DNA of 64,000 nt from Podarcis filfolensis (Eukaryota), in the NCBI GenBank assembly GCA_964270895.1, contig OZ185435.1; one strand, given 5' to 3'. Position 1 is the first letter of the stretch; each line of letters opens with the position of its first letter. The position numbers and the translations under genes are program-made. Positions 50,197-62,167 of the stretch are shown here, in pieces. Below the pieces are notes generated by a model. It saw nothing but the letters and a program-made list of their open reading frames with translations. It made no database searches and had not been told where the DNA came from.

Positions 50197-50668
50197 TATT
50201 ACGATTGCTGTTGCTATCTTTAGGAATCTTGTTTTGCAGAAGCATTGCTTTGACCCTTTCTATCTATCATGTCCTCTTCATTAATATGCATGTGCTATGT
50301 TTTCCTGGGTTGCATTGCTACAACAGGAATGGGGAACCTGTGGTCTTCCAGATGATGTTGGGACTAGCATGGGTAGCAGTGGACTAGTAGAAAGGGATGG
50401 GTGTATTAGGAGCATAATAAGGCTCGGACAAAATCACATAGGGGAAGAGATTCTCCAACAGTGTATACATGTTCAGATGCATCTTTACTTTTTAAGATGA
50501 GGACTTTTGACCTCTTATTTCCTGGATTTTCTCATCTCAGGGAGGGATGACTAGGAGGCTTAACTATAAAGTACTTTAGAATAAGTTCTTTATAGCCTGT
50601 TTGGTGCAAGGACTATGCTTATCTATTACTCTCAAGCTAATAAACTTTACTGTTTGTCTTTGCTCCAG

Positions 50669-50815
50669 TCAGAACGAGGTTCAGGAGCTCTGGGCTCAAC
50701 TCCGGAAAGAAAAGCCAGAACTCCTAACCAGTTTTGAAGAATTTCTCTTCCACATTTCCTCATATGTCAGGGACATACATCACGAGAAGGAATCAATTGA
50801 GCAGGCGTTGAAACG
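50669..50815 (+). CDS. CRACR2B: CRACR2B exon: QNEVQELWAQLRKEKPELLTSFEEFLFHISSYVRDIHHEKESIEQALK(R)
   Basis: Acceptor tgctccag, donor GTAAGC; 147 nt. Confidence 0.95.
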
Positions 50816-51370
50816 GTAAGCAGTTTCTGGACATCATGTGACTACGCCATAGAAAGTGCAATGCAGTCTTAGGATGCTGTAAGTGGGAGGGAAAGTTTCA
50901 CTCAGCATCCACAAGAGGATTCGTGAATGCCAAAGAAGGAGGTGGAAGTGTCCAAATGCCTTCAGCGGGACCTATTGCTCTATGAATATTTTCTTCCTCT
51001 ATAACCCAATCACACCTGCAGCAAACAGGCTGTGCACACACTAAAATTTTGTCTGTATCCAGTGTGCTTCCACCACTAGTTTAGGAAGCGGTGTACACAC
51101 AGTGTTAGCCACGATCCACTTCCATCTGGTACTTATCCTGTCATTGCTTTTGAAATACTGTTTTGATATATTTTCCCACAACGCTCCCCTTCCAAAAAAA
51201 CGCAAAAACCTTCCCCAGCTTCAACCCAGATTGGGAAAAAGAACAGACTAGCTGTTTTTTAAGCTAGTAATGTGTACACAGCCTTAGTCTAACCTTAAAC
51301 AGCATAAGCAGTCGGGTTACAAAAGTTTCCTGAGAAAATCTTCTCAATGTGTAGCTTTTTAAGCCTTTCT

Positions 51371-51387
51371 GGCGCCCCCTAGTGCCA
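51371..51387 (-). promoter_or_regulatory. CTCF core motif
   Basis: Minus strand TGGCACTAGGGGGCGCC, one mismatch from the core CCACTAGGGGGCGC. Confidence 0.55.
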
Positions 51388-51579
51388 GAGGATTTCCATA
51401 TCAATACTCAAGTTCCTGAAAAGTGAGACAGCACATCTTATGTTAGCTGAGATGTATTTATTTTCTTTCAAAGTGGAGAGGCAATTCTCTCTCTTCCCCA
51501 CCCCCAAATCCCATCTCCCACTTTGTCTTTACGCTGTATCTGTTCCTTGCATTTCATCCCTCTTGCTCTGTGCTTTTAG

Positions 51580-51670
51580 GAGGGAGGTAGACCATGACCG
51601 CGAAATCAGGTGCCTTTATGAAGAAATGGAGCAACAAATCAAAGCAGAAAGGGAGCGGCTGCTGAGCCAG
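51580..51670 (+). CDS. CRACR2B: CRACR2B exon: REVDHDREIRCLYEEMEQQIKAERERLLSQ (coiled coil)
   Basis: Acceptor cttttag, donor GTAAAC; 91 nt. The LYEEMEQQI motif is typical of the large-Rab coiled coil. Confidence 0.96.
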
Positions 51671-51833
51671 GTAAACACCTCATTCCTTCACTCTCAGGAT
51701 GCCTGAGCTAGACACTGAGCTCAGTTGCTAAATCAATGAGCCACATCCTTCCAAAGTGCCTGAGATTTATTTTTATGCTGAACGTTGGAGTGAAGAAAAA
51801 AACGAAAAGCACCAATTTATCTGCTTTTTGCAG

Positions 51834-51926
51834 GGATCAATGAAGCATGAGAAGAGCAGCTTGCTTCAGAAAGAGCTGCAGAGCAAAGAACAAGAATTTG
51901 AGAAGATGTTGTACCACCAGAAAAAG
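51834..51926 (+). CDS. CRACR2B: CRACR2B exon: GSMKHEKSSLLQKELQSKEQEFEKMLYHQKK
   Basis: Acceptor tttttgcag, donor GTGACT; 93 nt. Confidence 0.93.
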
Positions 51927-52686
51927 GTGACTTGGAGGGGGTGACCCTTGTTTCTTTTGCTTGGATTTGGATTTTACCCTCCACATTGTCTACACAGGTC
52001 CCGTTGAACTGGCTGGCAGTGTCTTTTGACACCAAAGTCATCGCTTCTTACACATGTACAGGGCTAGAGCTGGATTTGGGCTCTTGTGCCTGAGATGCCA
52101 CCTTCGCCCCAGCTCCTGCTGGTTCCTGTTGGTGTTACAAGAAAAACCAGTGCCAAAAGCCTTCATTGTAGGGAAACAGACAGCATTGCATACTCTGCTG
52201 TGACCAGCTGTTTCACTTCTGCAAGTCATGGGAAGCCCTGAAGTGATGAGTAGACATATGTGAGTGCCCCCCAGTATATAAGATACTTTAGGGAAGGGAA
52301 ATTCTTCTCACTGTTCTCCTCCCCACCCTCCATCAGCACCAGACAGACTAGGTGTGCTAAAGGAGGAAAAACTCTCAAATCCTCAAATGCATCAGCTGTC
52401 GGAGAATCAGTGCCCTGTAAGGTGGGGAGCAAGTAATTTTTTGGAGGGGCTCCTTGGCCCAGTGTAGGAGCTGCCTGTGATTATTTTATCTCTCCAGCCT
52501 TATTCTTCAGTGGCTTAAGGGACTTGTAGGAATACAATAAGAGCCCCTGCCAGATCAGGCCAAAGGCCTCTCCAGTCCAGTATGGGAAGCCCACAAGCAG
52601 GATAGGAGTGTAACACTCTCCTTCGCATGTATTCCCCAGCAACCGGCGTACAGAGACACATACTGCCTCTAATACATGCTCTACAC

Positions 52687-52822
52687 TAGTGTTTCCCAAA
52701 CTTGGGTCTCTGGCTGGTTTTGGACTACAATTCCCATCATCCCTATCTAGCAGGACCAGTAGTCAGGGTTGATGGGAATTGTAGTCCAAAAACAGCTGGA
52801 GACCCAAATTTGGGAAACACTG
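52687..52822. mobile_element. palindromic hAT MITE
   Basis: AGTGTTTCCCAAACTTGGGTCTC / GAGACCCAAATTTGGGAAACACT; degenerate TSD CTCTACAC/CTCTGCGC. Confidence 0.85.
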
Positions 52823-52852
52823 CTCTGCGCGCGCACACACACACACACACCC

Positions 52853-53210
52853 GGCCTTCATGTCCAGTAGCCATTAGCCATTTATAGCTTTATCCTCCAG
52901 GAGTTTGTCGAATTCCCTTTTAATGGTCACCACCACCACTTCTTGTAGGAGTGAATTCCATAGTTCAATCTTGCACTTGGTGAAGAACTTCTTTTCTGGC
53001 TGCCTTGACTCTCCCACCCTTCAGCTTCCCTGAATGATGTTGGATTCTGGTAATCTATAAGGGAGGGAAAAATTATATTCTCTTTCTCCGTGCTTTGCAT
53101 TATATGAAACATCTTGCGTCATGACCCCACCACAACCACTGTCCTTTCCCTGACAAGCTAAAAAACCCTGAGCATTGTAACCTCTTCTCATAGAGGAGTT
53201 GCTCCAGTTC
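52853..53210 (-). mobile_element. CR1-type LINE 3' fragment
   Basis: Reverse complement of the CR1 end (TAGCCATT...CCTCCAGGAGTTTGTC...GAATTCCATAGTT). Confidence 0.6.
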
Positions 53211-53799
53211 ACCAATAATTTGGCTTGTCCTTTTCTGCACCTTTAGATTCATCTGTACACTTGCATAAGACACAGTGTCCTCCTTTAACCTCCAAGGCCC
53301 ACAACTTTAGTATGTGATGCCAGCCCCATTCATATTTTAGCTCCAAACAGGTGACTCCACCTCCACCAACCCAAGGAAGGCCATCTGCTCTGTTTGCACA
53401 TGACGTTATCATCGTGCCATAATATCCTCTTAAAGGAATGCGGCTGAGAGATAACACTGTGTAATTTGCGTTATTGGTGCAGTTTGGGTAAGTCCAGTGT
53501 CAGTATTTGCTCTGGGTTGTTTAAAAACTAAAGAGCAGTTACGTTGGGGCAAAACAACAGAGAGGAGATTAAGAATTCCCCCATCTGGGTTTTCTCAGTT
53601 CAGGGTCCCTTCCAACTCTTCAATTCTATGACTCTGAGGTTACCCACTCATGTGACCAACAGACATATAGATTAGGACCACAAAAGACAACTTCACAATA
53701 GGGAATGAAAATGCAGCTAAAAGGTCTTTGGGGTATTGGTACAATGGTAATTACTGTACCCCTGCAGTGCAGGAATCTCAGCTACAGCATCCATGACAG

Positions 53800-53950
53800 A
53801 TGGCCCCCCAACCTCTGCTTATAAACCTCCAGTTCACCACCTTCCAAGGGAATCGCTTCCACGGTCAAACAGTCCTTACTGTGAGAAAGGTCTTCCTGAT
53901 GTTTAGTTGGACTTTCCTTTCTAGTAACTTAAATCCATTGGTTCAGGTCC
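53800..53950 (-). mobile_element. CR1 ORF2 C-terminal remnant
   Basis: Minus strand reads as RTNGFKL...LNIRKTFLTVRTV.PW, like the CR1 ORF2 C-terminus. Confidence 0.6.
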
Positions 53951-54159
53951 TTAACATGTTATCATTATTACTTGAATGCATTGCATCTTAAAAAAAACCA
54001 CAGATGTATTGCTCTGCTTTCTGTTTTCCATTGTGCAACTTTTTTTTTAATTTAACATATTCCCCTACAGCTCAAAGCTGCTTGCAGACACTGGCTACTG
54101 ATGCCTTTGTACTTTTGGTTTTTCAGAACTGTTCATCTTGATTTCTTACATATTTTTAG

Positions 54160-54347
54160 CTGGAACATCAGTTACAATCCCAGAGCTCAGAGCAGCTGGA
54201 AATGCGGGTGCAAAATGAGAGGTTGAAAATCTTGAACGACAATCTCCTGGACCAACTGGAGAGAAGCAAATGGGAGCTGGAGGTAGCCCGAGGTCACCTG
54301 CAACAGCTGCAGAAAGAAGCCCAGCTAGAGCAGGAACAGAAAAACAG
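54160..54347 (+). CDS. CRACR2B: CRACR2B exon: LEHQLQSQSSEQLEMRVQNERLKILNDNLLDQLERSKWELEVARGHLQQLQKEAQLEQEQKN(R)
   Basis: Acceptor tatttttag, donor AG|GTGTGT; 188 nt; heptad pattern. Confidence 0.94.
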
Positions 54348-54890
54348 GTGTGTTGGGGTGGGGCTGTAGAACATGCAATGAAAAGTGCCAGTTGCTTTTG
54401 CTGTGTGATGCTGGTTTACGCTAATTAGTTAATCAGTGGGACTACAGAATGTAGAAATGAATAGCAATAATATGTGGCTACTGCAAACTGCAGTACTGGC
54501 AGTATTTTCAGGTGCCACATAATACCTGGTCTGCATTTGTAAAAAATTGATCTTTTGGTGTGGCAGCACCTACATTTTTGAACTCTCTGACTATTGACAT
54601 CAGACAGGTCCCTTCACTGTACTCTTTTCAGTGCCTGCTAAAAGTGTTTTTGTTTAGGCAAGCCTTACCCAGATATGTAGACAACCACCTTGAGGTTGTT
54701 GTTGTTGTTGTTTTACAGTCAAGTGTTACATTATTTTTATGAAATAAAATTAAAGGGGGTCTGTAAGTACGTACACTTTCTAGCTTCCAGGACTGAGTTA
54801 AAGGATTAGAACATGCATGATGTTTTTATTCTCTTCCACAAATCTACTTCCTATGTGGCCTTGAGATAGTAACATTTCTTTTCTCTCTGT

Positions 54891-55018
54891 CAGGGGTAGC
54901 TAACGTTGTGCCATTTAGATGTTCTTAGACTCCAGTTCCCATCGGCCCCAGTCAGCATGGACAATGATGGGAGATGGAGTCCAACGATATCTGGAAGGTA
55001 GCGCATTGGCTATCCCGG
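54891..55018. mobile_element. degenerate hAT MITE
   Basis: CAGGGGTAGC...GCTATCCCGG ends, and an inner AGATG...ATCTGGA hairpin like that of 6612-6747. Confidence 0.55.
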
Positions 55019-55908
55019 CTCTGTATAAACTAGAGATAAAAATAATAATTTTTATATAAATATAAATATTTCCTGGTTACATTTCCTAGAAGACCATGAT
55101 AGAAATGGCTCGGAAAGCAAGCCCCACAGCAATTCACCATAAAAGGTCAATCCAAATCTTGTATTGTCGAAACCACGGCTCCTACCAGTCTGAGAACAAA
55201 CAATGTGGCAAACAATAACACTGATCTCCACAGCAATCAGTCAGATTACTGTTCAGAATGTATGATGTCACTGCAAATTGGGCAACCTTTTGCTTTATTG
55301 AAGAGTAAATCTACTTTCTAATACTGAATTGGCCAAAACATGACTTGAGTTATAAACCGGGATAAGAATTTGGACGCAACGTCTGCAGAACAATTAGATC
55401 CCAGTAGGTAGATCTTCAGCCACCTTTTCTTCTCAGATACAAAGTCCCAAATGGTACAGTGGTGTTGTTTTTAGTAATAATAATTTAAAAAATCTAGAGC
55501 TGATGTAGGCATTTTAACTTAAATGCAGTATGCACAGTTGACATTCTTTTTCTTATTTTGAACTGTATGCAAACATAGACTAATGGATCATTTTTAACAG
55601 GAAAGGCTGCTTTGGGAGGTGGAGTGATTGGGGAGCAGAGCAGTGTGGTGGGTGCAAAAAGGGTGCGTGTAAATTTGGTCCTCAGCTGGAATTTCTCTTG
55701 GAAACCAAGAGAATGATATTTTGCATCAGCAAGTCATGGAGAGCAAGAATGGGAGTCAGCTCCTAACCCAGTGTTAATTTAATTAGTCCACCCTCTGCCC
55801 TTGATTGCTGCCAGCAGCTTTGGCATTTGGGTCATATTATCAACGTTTGCACAGGACAAAACTTGTAGCCCTTAAAACATTAACCCTCCCTTCCCCTTTT
55901 AAATGTAG

Positions 55909-55980
55909 GGATGTATTCAGAGTCTCTAAGAATATGCAGAAAGAAAAGAAAAGCCTCCTGCGACAACTGGAACTGCTCAG
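55909..55980 (+). CDS. CRACR2B: CRACR2B exon: DVFRVSKNMQKEKKSLLRQLELL(R)
   Basis: Acceptor aatgtag, donor GTAAAG; 72 nt. Confidence 0.96.
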
Positions 55981-56214
55981 GTAAAGGTGGGGGCATCTTG
56001 ACATCTGCTCTTCACCATCTGCCTTGAGGGCTTGTTCACATGTATAGGGAGGTATAGAATAAAAAAGCTCCTTGGTGTTATGTCAGCTATTCAAACAAAA
56101 CCAGCAGAATTGGCGAGACCCACAGGGCTGCCACTTGACCTAAGCAGCAAGCTGTACAGGGGCCAGTGCTTTGGGTGATTCAGGTCCCCAGTGGCAATAG
56201 ATGGTGCTAAAGTA

Positions 56215-56455
56215 CAGTCATACCTCAGGTTGAATGTGCTTCAGGTTGAGCGCATTCGAGTTGTGCTCCACGGCAACCCAGAAGTAATGGAGCACGTTAC
56301 TTCCAGGTTTTGCCGCTCGCACATGCGCAGACGCTCAAAATGACGTCATGCGCGGAAGCGGCAACATGCGCAGACGCGCCGTCGCATCTTATGCTGTGTT
56401 CAGGATGCAAACAGGGCTCTGGAATGGATCCCGTTCACATCCCGAGGTTCTACTG
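56215..56455. mobile_element. Tigger-type MITE (third family, CpG-rich)
   Basis: TA|CAGTCATACCTC...GAGGTTCTACTG|TA. Confidence 0.8.
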
Positions 56456-56668
56456 TAATGTCTGAGAGCAGCACCAAAGCAATTTCTGCAGTGAAGATTT
56501 AGGCCACATGATGCTTCTGTGAAAACTGAATGGGGATTTGTGGTTGCGAAAAGGAGTGGTGTCTTCCCCTTTCTCACTTCTCTTTGAGGATTGTTAGTTC
56601 CCTACCGTAGTATGTGTAGAGCAACAGCTACTGCTTACCTCTGTGTGTCTTTCTTTCCTTTGGAGCAG

Positions 56669-56825
56669 AGAGATGAACAAGAAGCTGCGAGACGAGAGAG
56701 ATGCCTTTGAAGCCAAGAAGCTGGTTAGTCTGAGAAAGAAAATTCTAATCCCCCGTCGCCTCCCCTTTGCAGCTTGCTGTTGTTGCCATCACTTGGGGTC
56801 ATTTCATTTACAGGGGGGGCATTGA
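56669..56825 (+). CDS. CRACR2B: CRACR2B composite exon. 56669-56723 is shared (EMNKKLRDERDAFEAKKL); read-through to the stop gives the short-isoform tail VSLRKKILIPRRLPFAACCCCHHLGSFHLQGGH*
   Basis: Acceptor ggagcag; internal donor CTG|GTTAGT at 56724; TGA at 56823-56825. Short CDS totals 1218 nt = 405 aa. Confidence 0.9.
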
Positions 56826-58851
56826 CTGAGAAACCCTGTAGTGCCTGCATGTGGACTTATTATTATTATTTTTAAGAGAGAGCTGCACATTTTTAAACCA
56901 GGCAATTACAAAGGGGGCAATAAGGACTGCTGGCTCCTGACTCTACAAGAAAGCGTTTACAGTTGGGTGTCCCTCCAACCTGGAGGGGGAGAAAATCTTT
57001 TGCACATCTTGAACTTTGTACACTAAGGCTTCCATTCAGAGGAACCGTAGCTGAACCTCCATGTTTTAAGGCTGAGCCATTGCCACCTAGCTTGGAGAAG
57101 GCCCAGTTACGTTCTTTCTCTTCCCACCACCACCATTCTGCAGAGTAGTCTGGAATTCATCTCTGGAACCACCTTGCCTCATTCCAGCCTATAGTTCTTC
57201 TGTTATATCACCTTGTGCCTATATCCTTCTAGGCTTCCATTGTCATGCAGCCCACAATTAAGAGACTGAAAACAAGATGTCTTTTTGTCTGTTTCTGCCT
57301 CTTAGTTTGGCCTGCTCCTGGAATGGGCCTTTTCCATCCCTGGGCAGTTTGTTTTTGGTAGGAGAGATGTAATGTCCACAAAACATACCACTTAGTAGAT
57401 TTGATCGTAGACCAATGAGGCAGACAACCAAAATGTGAAGATGAGCCAAAAGACCTCTTGCTGCTGATTTCCCTGCTCCACAAATGCAGGGCAGGAATGA
57501 AGTATAAAGGGGGGGGGGTGTATGCTGATCAGCTATCTAGTCTTTAGTGTTGTACAAGCGTAGGGTGGATGTTTTTATTGAAGCTGCTATGTATGTTTTT
57601 GTGTAAAAAGGAGAGGGAAGTTTCCAGTGCAATGTTCTAGTCTTTGGGTATGATTGTGCAAACATATGTGCACCTGTCTGTCCATGGGTGGCCCATCCTG
57701 TTTTGTCCCTCCCCAACACACACTGCTGCTGCCTCCCCACTGAAGCCTTGCTTACCTAGGAGTGGAGAGAGAGAAACTCCAAAGCTGAGCAAGTGTGAGC
57801 TGTTCTACAAAGCTTTGCTGCAGGCCTCTCCTACTCGCCTAGAAGGGAGCGTTCCAGCTGCAGTGGAAGTGGTGGGGCAGGCGGAGAGCCGGTGGGGCAC
57901 CGCCTTTTGTGTTTCCACCACCAGAGGTGGCTTCTTTACCTTGCCTTATGAGTGGGCTGGCTCTCTGGCTGTCCCATGACTCATCTTTCTGATTACTAGG
58001 CCTGTGGCTGCATCTCCAGATAAATCTGGGGGCATGTGATCTCCATAGTCTCAATGATATCATTAAATGTAGCAGAAGCAATAGGGAGAAACTGTCTTCT
58101 GCTGTTGCAGTTCAGAGAGAGCAATGCAGGGAGTTCTCAGATCCTATTTGGCACTTTAATGTCTTTTTTGAAGAGCATCCCTTTCATGCTGTACCGTGGG
58201 ATACGTTTTAGAACTCTTGAGTGGGGTCGCATTGAAAGCAATTTACAGTATGGCATGGAGGGACGTGGAGAGACTTCATATGGACATAAATTGGTTTTTC
58301 TTCACATGTCGAAGTAGTCGCTGGATGGTCCCTTTGGCAGTCTGCTATCTCTGTTCTCTAGTGGAATATGGGCTCCAGGCAAGCTACAATGGCTTTTGTT
58401 GTCTGATCCTCTTTGAAAAGTAAATATTAATGAGATGGAGGTTCTGTTGGATACTGGGAAGAAAGGCACCCACCACTCTTCATGCAGATTGCATCTGATG
58501 TGGGAATTCAAAAAGAGCAAGCTTTTGATCTGCATACAGTCATTCTGCAGATTTAAAGAACTGATATAGTGCAGAAACAAATAATATAACACTGTGGACT
58601 GTGCTTGCATAAAGGCAGGTTGCATGGGTTAGAGTTAGCACATCAGACTCTTGAAGTAAAATGTAAACCTTCAGTTAATGGAAAAAAGGATCCTTATTTG
58701 TTTCTATTTTTTAAACATCCCCCCTTTTTTCTGAACCTCAGTCTTGTATCAAGATGTACCAACTACAGCTATGCTGGATGAACTGGAATGAAGGAAGTTG
58801 AGTTCTAATTTTTCTAGGGGGGGGAAATATGTTGCATTATCTTCCTGTCAA

Positions 58852-58862
58852 CTATATATGCG

Positions 58863-58895
<33 letters not shown>

Positions 58896-58896
58896 G
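58852..58896. repeat. (TA)n(GC)n(AC)n compound microsatellite
   Basis: Direct inspection. Confidence 0.9.
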
Positions 58897-60532
58897 ATAT
58901 CTGCTCATGCTAACTGCAATTTGCAGCAATCTATCCATTGCAAGAGTGCGCAGTAGAATAGGAAAAAACAAAAGATGTCTGTTTGCCTTAGTTAAAAAAA
59001 GTATGGTGTTTCTAGAAAGCTTTTTCTACCATCAAAGAGAATTATCAAGGAGAAAAGAAGTCTGCTGATGCAGCAGCAACTTCCTGTCTTGAAGCCTCTT
59101 GATGATGGGCCCTTTGTATATTTCTCTTTTGTCCAAGACTGCAGTGCTTGTGTCTGTCTGTTGGAGCATCTGCAGGCTGTTGCTTTTCTAAGATAGAGAA
59201 GAGCACAAACTCCAGTGCACACGTGGGGTATACTGGCATAATGTGGATCTAGTGAGGTTTTTGGTTTTAAAGCCTGAAGGGCCTTCCTAGCCTGATGTTT
59301 CTGTTGCTGTTAGATTTGCAACTGTACTGTTTTTAGCTAGAGATTACTGGTTGGTAGTCAATACCAGTCTTCATTCACTGTGACGTAATGATGGACCAGT
59401 CAGGTTGCCAGAGTTTAACAGTGCATCATTCTTTAGGAGAGATATCTGGCTTGTTCTTGCCTGCACGTTTATGGCAGTTTGCCAGCGCTGCAAGACATAT
59501 TTCCAAGTCTGCTTCAACATATAACAGGGAGACCTTGCAATAGTGAAATATTAAAATCTTCTAAATACGCCAAGACTGTTTATGCATAAATGCCAGCACT
59601 GGAAATCATTTGGCACTGTGAGGGAGAAGGCCAAACTGGACGAAAGAGATCTGAGTGGATCCATGCACACTTAAATGGGAGGAAATGTCCTGCTGGATGA
59701 AGAGCTTGAACTTTGATTTCGGTTTCTGCCAAAATCTTTAATGCTTCAGTCAGCACAGTACATAGGCAAGACAAGAGTTAAAAGGCACAGCAGGTGCCTT
59801 GCATGGCGAAGTGCAGCTAAGACATTGATCCAGCAGGTGATTTGCCCCCTGCTTCATCCTTTTGAAGAGATTGCAGTGGGCACATCTGAGTTCTCAGATT
59901 GGACCAAGCAATCAGGCACTCCAGTCCTAGTCTAATTTGCTCACAGATGCTTCTAAAAGCATTTCGAAAGAGTTTTCCAACGTTTACTCTAGTAAGGCCC
60001 TGAGATACTGTGCAAAACTAGGACAGTTGAAGCACAGTGTGGAAACTCTGCTGATACCTTTACAAGTTCCAAGGCTGCAGAGGACTACTCGGCTCCTTGC
60101 ATCTTCTTTTCCTCTGCCAATCCCTTCAGGTCCCCAGTTGTTCATTAATCCGGATTACCACCCTAAACATTCTGAAGTTTTGAAATTGATATTTGGAAAC
60201 ATCGTGCCTTGAGCTTCTGCATTTTGTACTGCGCTTTGTTGTACCGCTGTGTGTTATGAATGGAAACTGAGTTTCCCCAAGTCCATACATCCACAAGTTT
60301 TGGAGGGAGTTGCGTGCCATGTACAATCTGGTCCTTTGTGTGTCCCTTAATGAGAAACCTGCATGCACCTTCCAGAAGTCTAGGAACCGGTCTCCAGGTA
60401 CAACCCATTCATTCACAGGTCTAGTTACAGTATATGTGTCTTTGGTATGTGTTTATGACAAATATGATGATGGCAAAATACTGCAAAATTCATGCTGTTG
60501 TTGGAATGTGAGCCTGTGATCCAGACTTCCAT

Positions 60533-60901
60533 AATAAAATGCCATGCACCCTGTTATCGTTCTCATCAAATATTTCATGCTTGTGTGTTCTGTCATTGCA
60601 ATGCAATATTCCTTTATCGTCTGTTTTTAAATGCTAATGTTACACTGAGCCAATAAAAGCTGGCAAGAGCTAGAGAAACAGCCAGGAAACAATTGTCTCT
60701 TTCGTGCTCATGTTCCATTGCGTAAAGTGTTTCTTTTGTATGACTGTATTATGACAGACCATTTAGAGGTCCAATGAGATGGTTAAGACTGGGTTCTGAG
60801 TCTGCCCAAAGCACACAATAAAACCCACTTGAATGAAACAACTAATATATTTATGAATAATCTTTCCATTCATCATTCTAAACCGTATTCAGCACAATAA
60901 A
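60533..60901 (+). terminator. CRACR2B: candidate intronic poly(A) signal cluster for the short CRACR2B isoform
   Basis: AATAAA at 60533, 60652, 60817 and 60896; GU-rich TGTGTGTTCTGT about 45 nt after the first. Confidence 0.45.
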
Positions 60902-61272
60902 TGTCCCATTATGATTAATCTGTTGTGAGCGATCCACACAACTTTGGAAGCAGGGTGCAGAACTGTTACATCTCTGGGATGCATTTTAAAGCTGGGAAAT
61001 TGTACTTTCACCCTGAGAATGCATTCTTTGCTATTGGAATTTAAATTTTAAATATAAATAACAAGTGGGGTACTGAAGTACCGTAAGTTGAGTACTTTCT
61101 GTATGCCAAACCCAAAACTGAAAAACCTTTTAATGTCTCATCAGCCACAAAATGGCAGCTCCTGGGGTAATCTTGACTAACTATTGGAGAGCCTCTCCCA
61201 AAGTGACATGGTGGTTGTTTTTTCTTAATTTACTTAGATGACAGATTCCAAATTGCTCTCTCTAATTTTCAG

Positions 61273-61352
61273 GCACTTGAAAGCAAAAGACCCCTCTTGA
61301 AGAAGGGGTCAGCGATAGGCAAATACCTAGTGGAGGAGAAGCCAGTCAAACG
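61273..61352 (+). CDS. CRACR2B: CRACR2B long-isoform exon: ALESKRPLLKKGSAIGKYLVEEKPVK(R)
   Basis: Acceptor aattttcag; phase 0 matches the 56724 donor. KKGSAIGKY resembles KKRSGSVIGKY in CRACR2A (recalled). Donor CG|GTCAGA; 80 nt. Confidence 0.88.
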
Positions 61353-62167
61353 GTCAGAGCTCAATATGTTGTGTTGTGTCCCGCTGCATGCTGTCGGTCT
61401 GTAGTCACCACAGTCGGTCTGTTGGGTCACACTGTTCTCTCCCTTTCTCCTCTTCAGCTGAACTAAGGTTGAGGCAATGGGTGTCCTTGGGGAATTGCCC
61501 TTTGATGAACTTGGGACTGTGGGGCACTGGTGACTGAATGAGACTGTGTAGGTGGGTAGGAGGGGGTGAGTCTAATTTTGATAACAAGGAGATTCAACAT
61601 ATACACACCCTCAAGTTTCCTACATTGCATGCATTTAGAGAGGAGGGGCAGAACACCATAAGCAAAGTTATTTAACACATTTCTGAACTATGTGAGCAGC
61701 CCTGGCCTCCTTTGGGATGGTAATATGTAAATATAGAGCACAGATAGGCATATTGGATAATCAAGGCAGTTTGCCAAAAATTATGAACCTCTGGCCCTGT
61801 CCACACCTCCACATGTTAATTGTTCATTTGTTTTGTTCATGCATTCATTTCTGTGGGTGTTGACACTTCTTGGAGCTCATCCAAAAGTACAATTCTCAGT
61901 GTCCCATCTAGTGGAGCCCCAAGAGGCAAAACCAATTTAAAAACCAGCATACATTTGTAGTGTGGATATGCCTTAGGGATTCTGGAACCCATTGATATAC
62001 CTGCTGCTGCTCCTCTCCTCCCTCCTCACATTTTAAGATTGTTGGTTTCCTGTCCTCATCAGTGCTGACGTTACATGAAAGTATGGGTAAGTTTTCTGTA
62101 AATGCTGATGTTGTTTGTGCTGATGCTTTTGGACATTTCTTCCCATCGTTTGTGTGCCTTGGCACAG

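Noticed and set aside
57229-57483. Minus-strand ORFs as a nested gene in the CRACR2B intron
   Set aside because: Short and without splice support; the weak GHY...RGRNRQ resemblance suggests a decayed RTE LINE.
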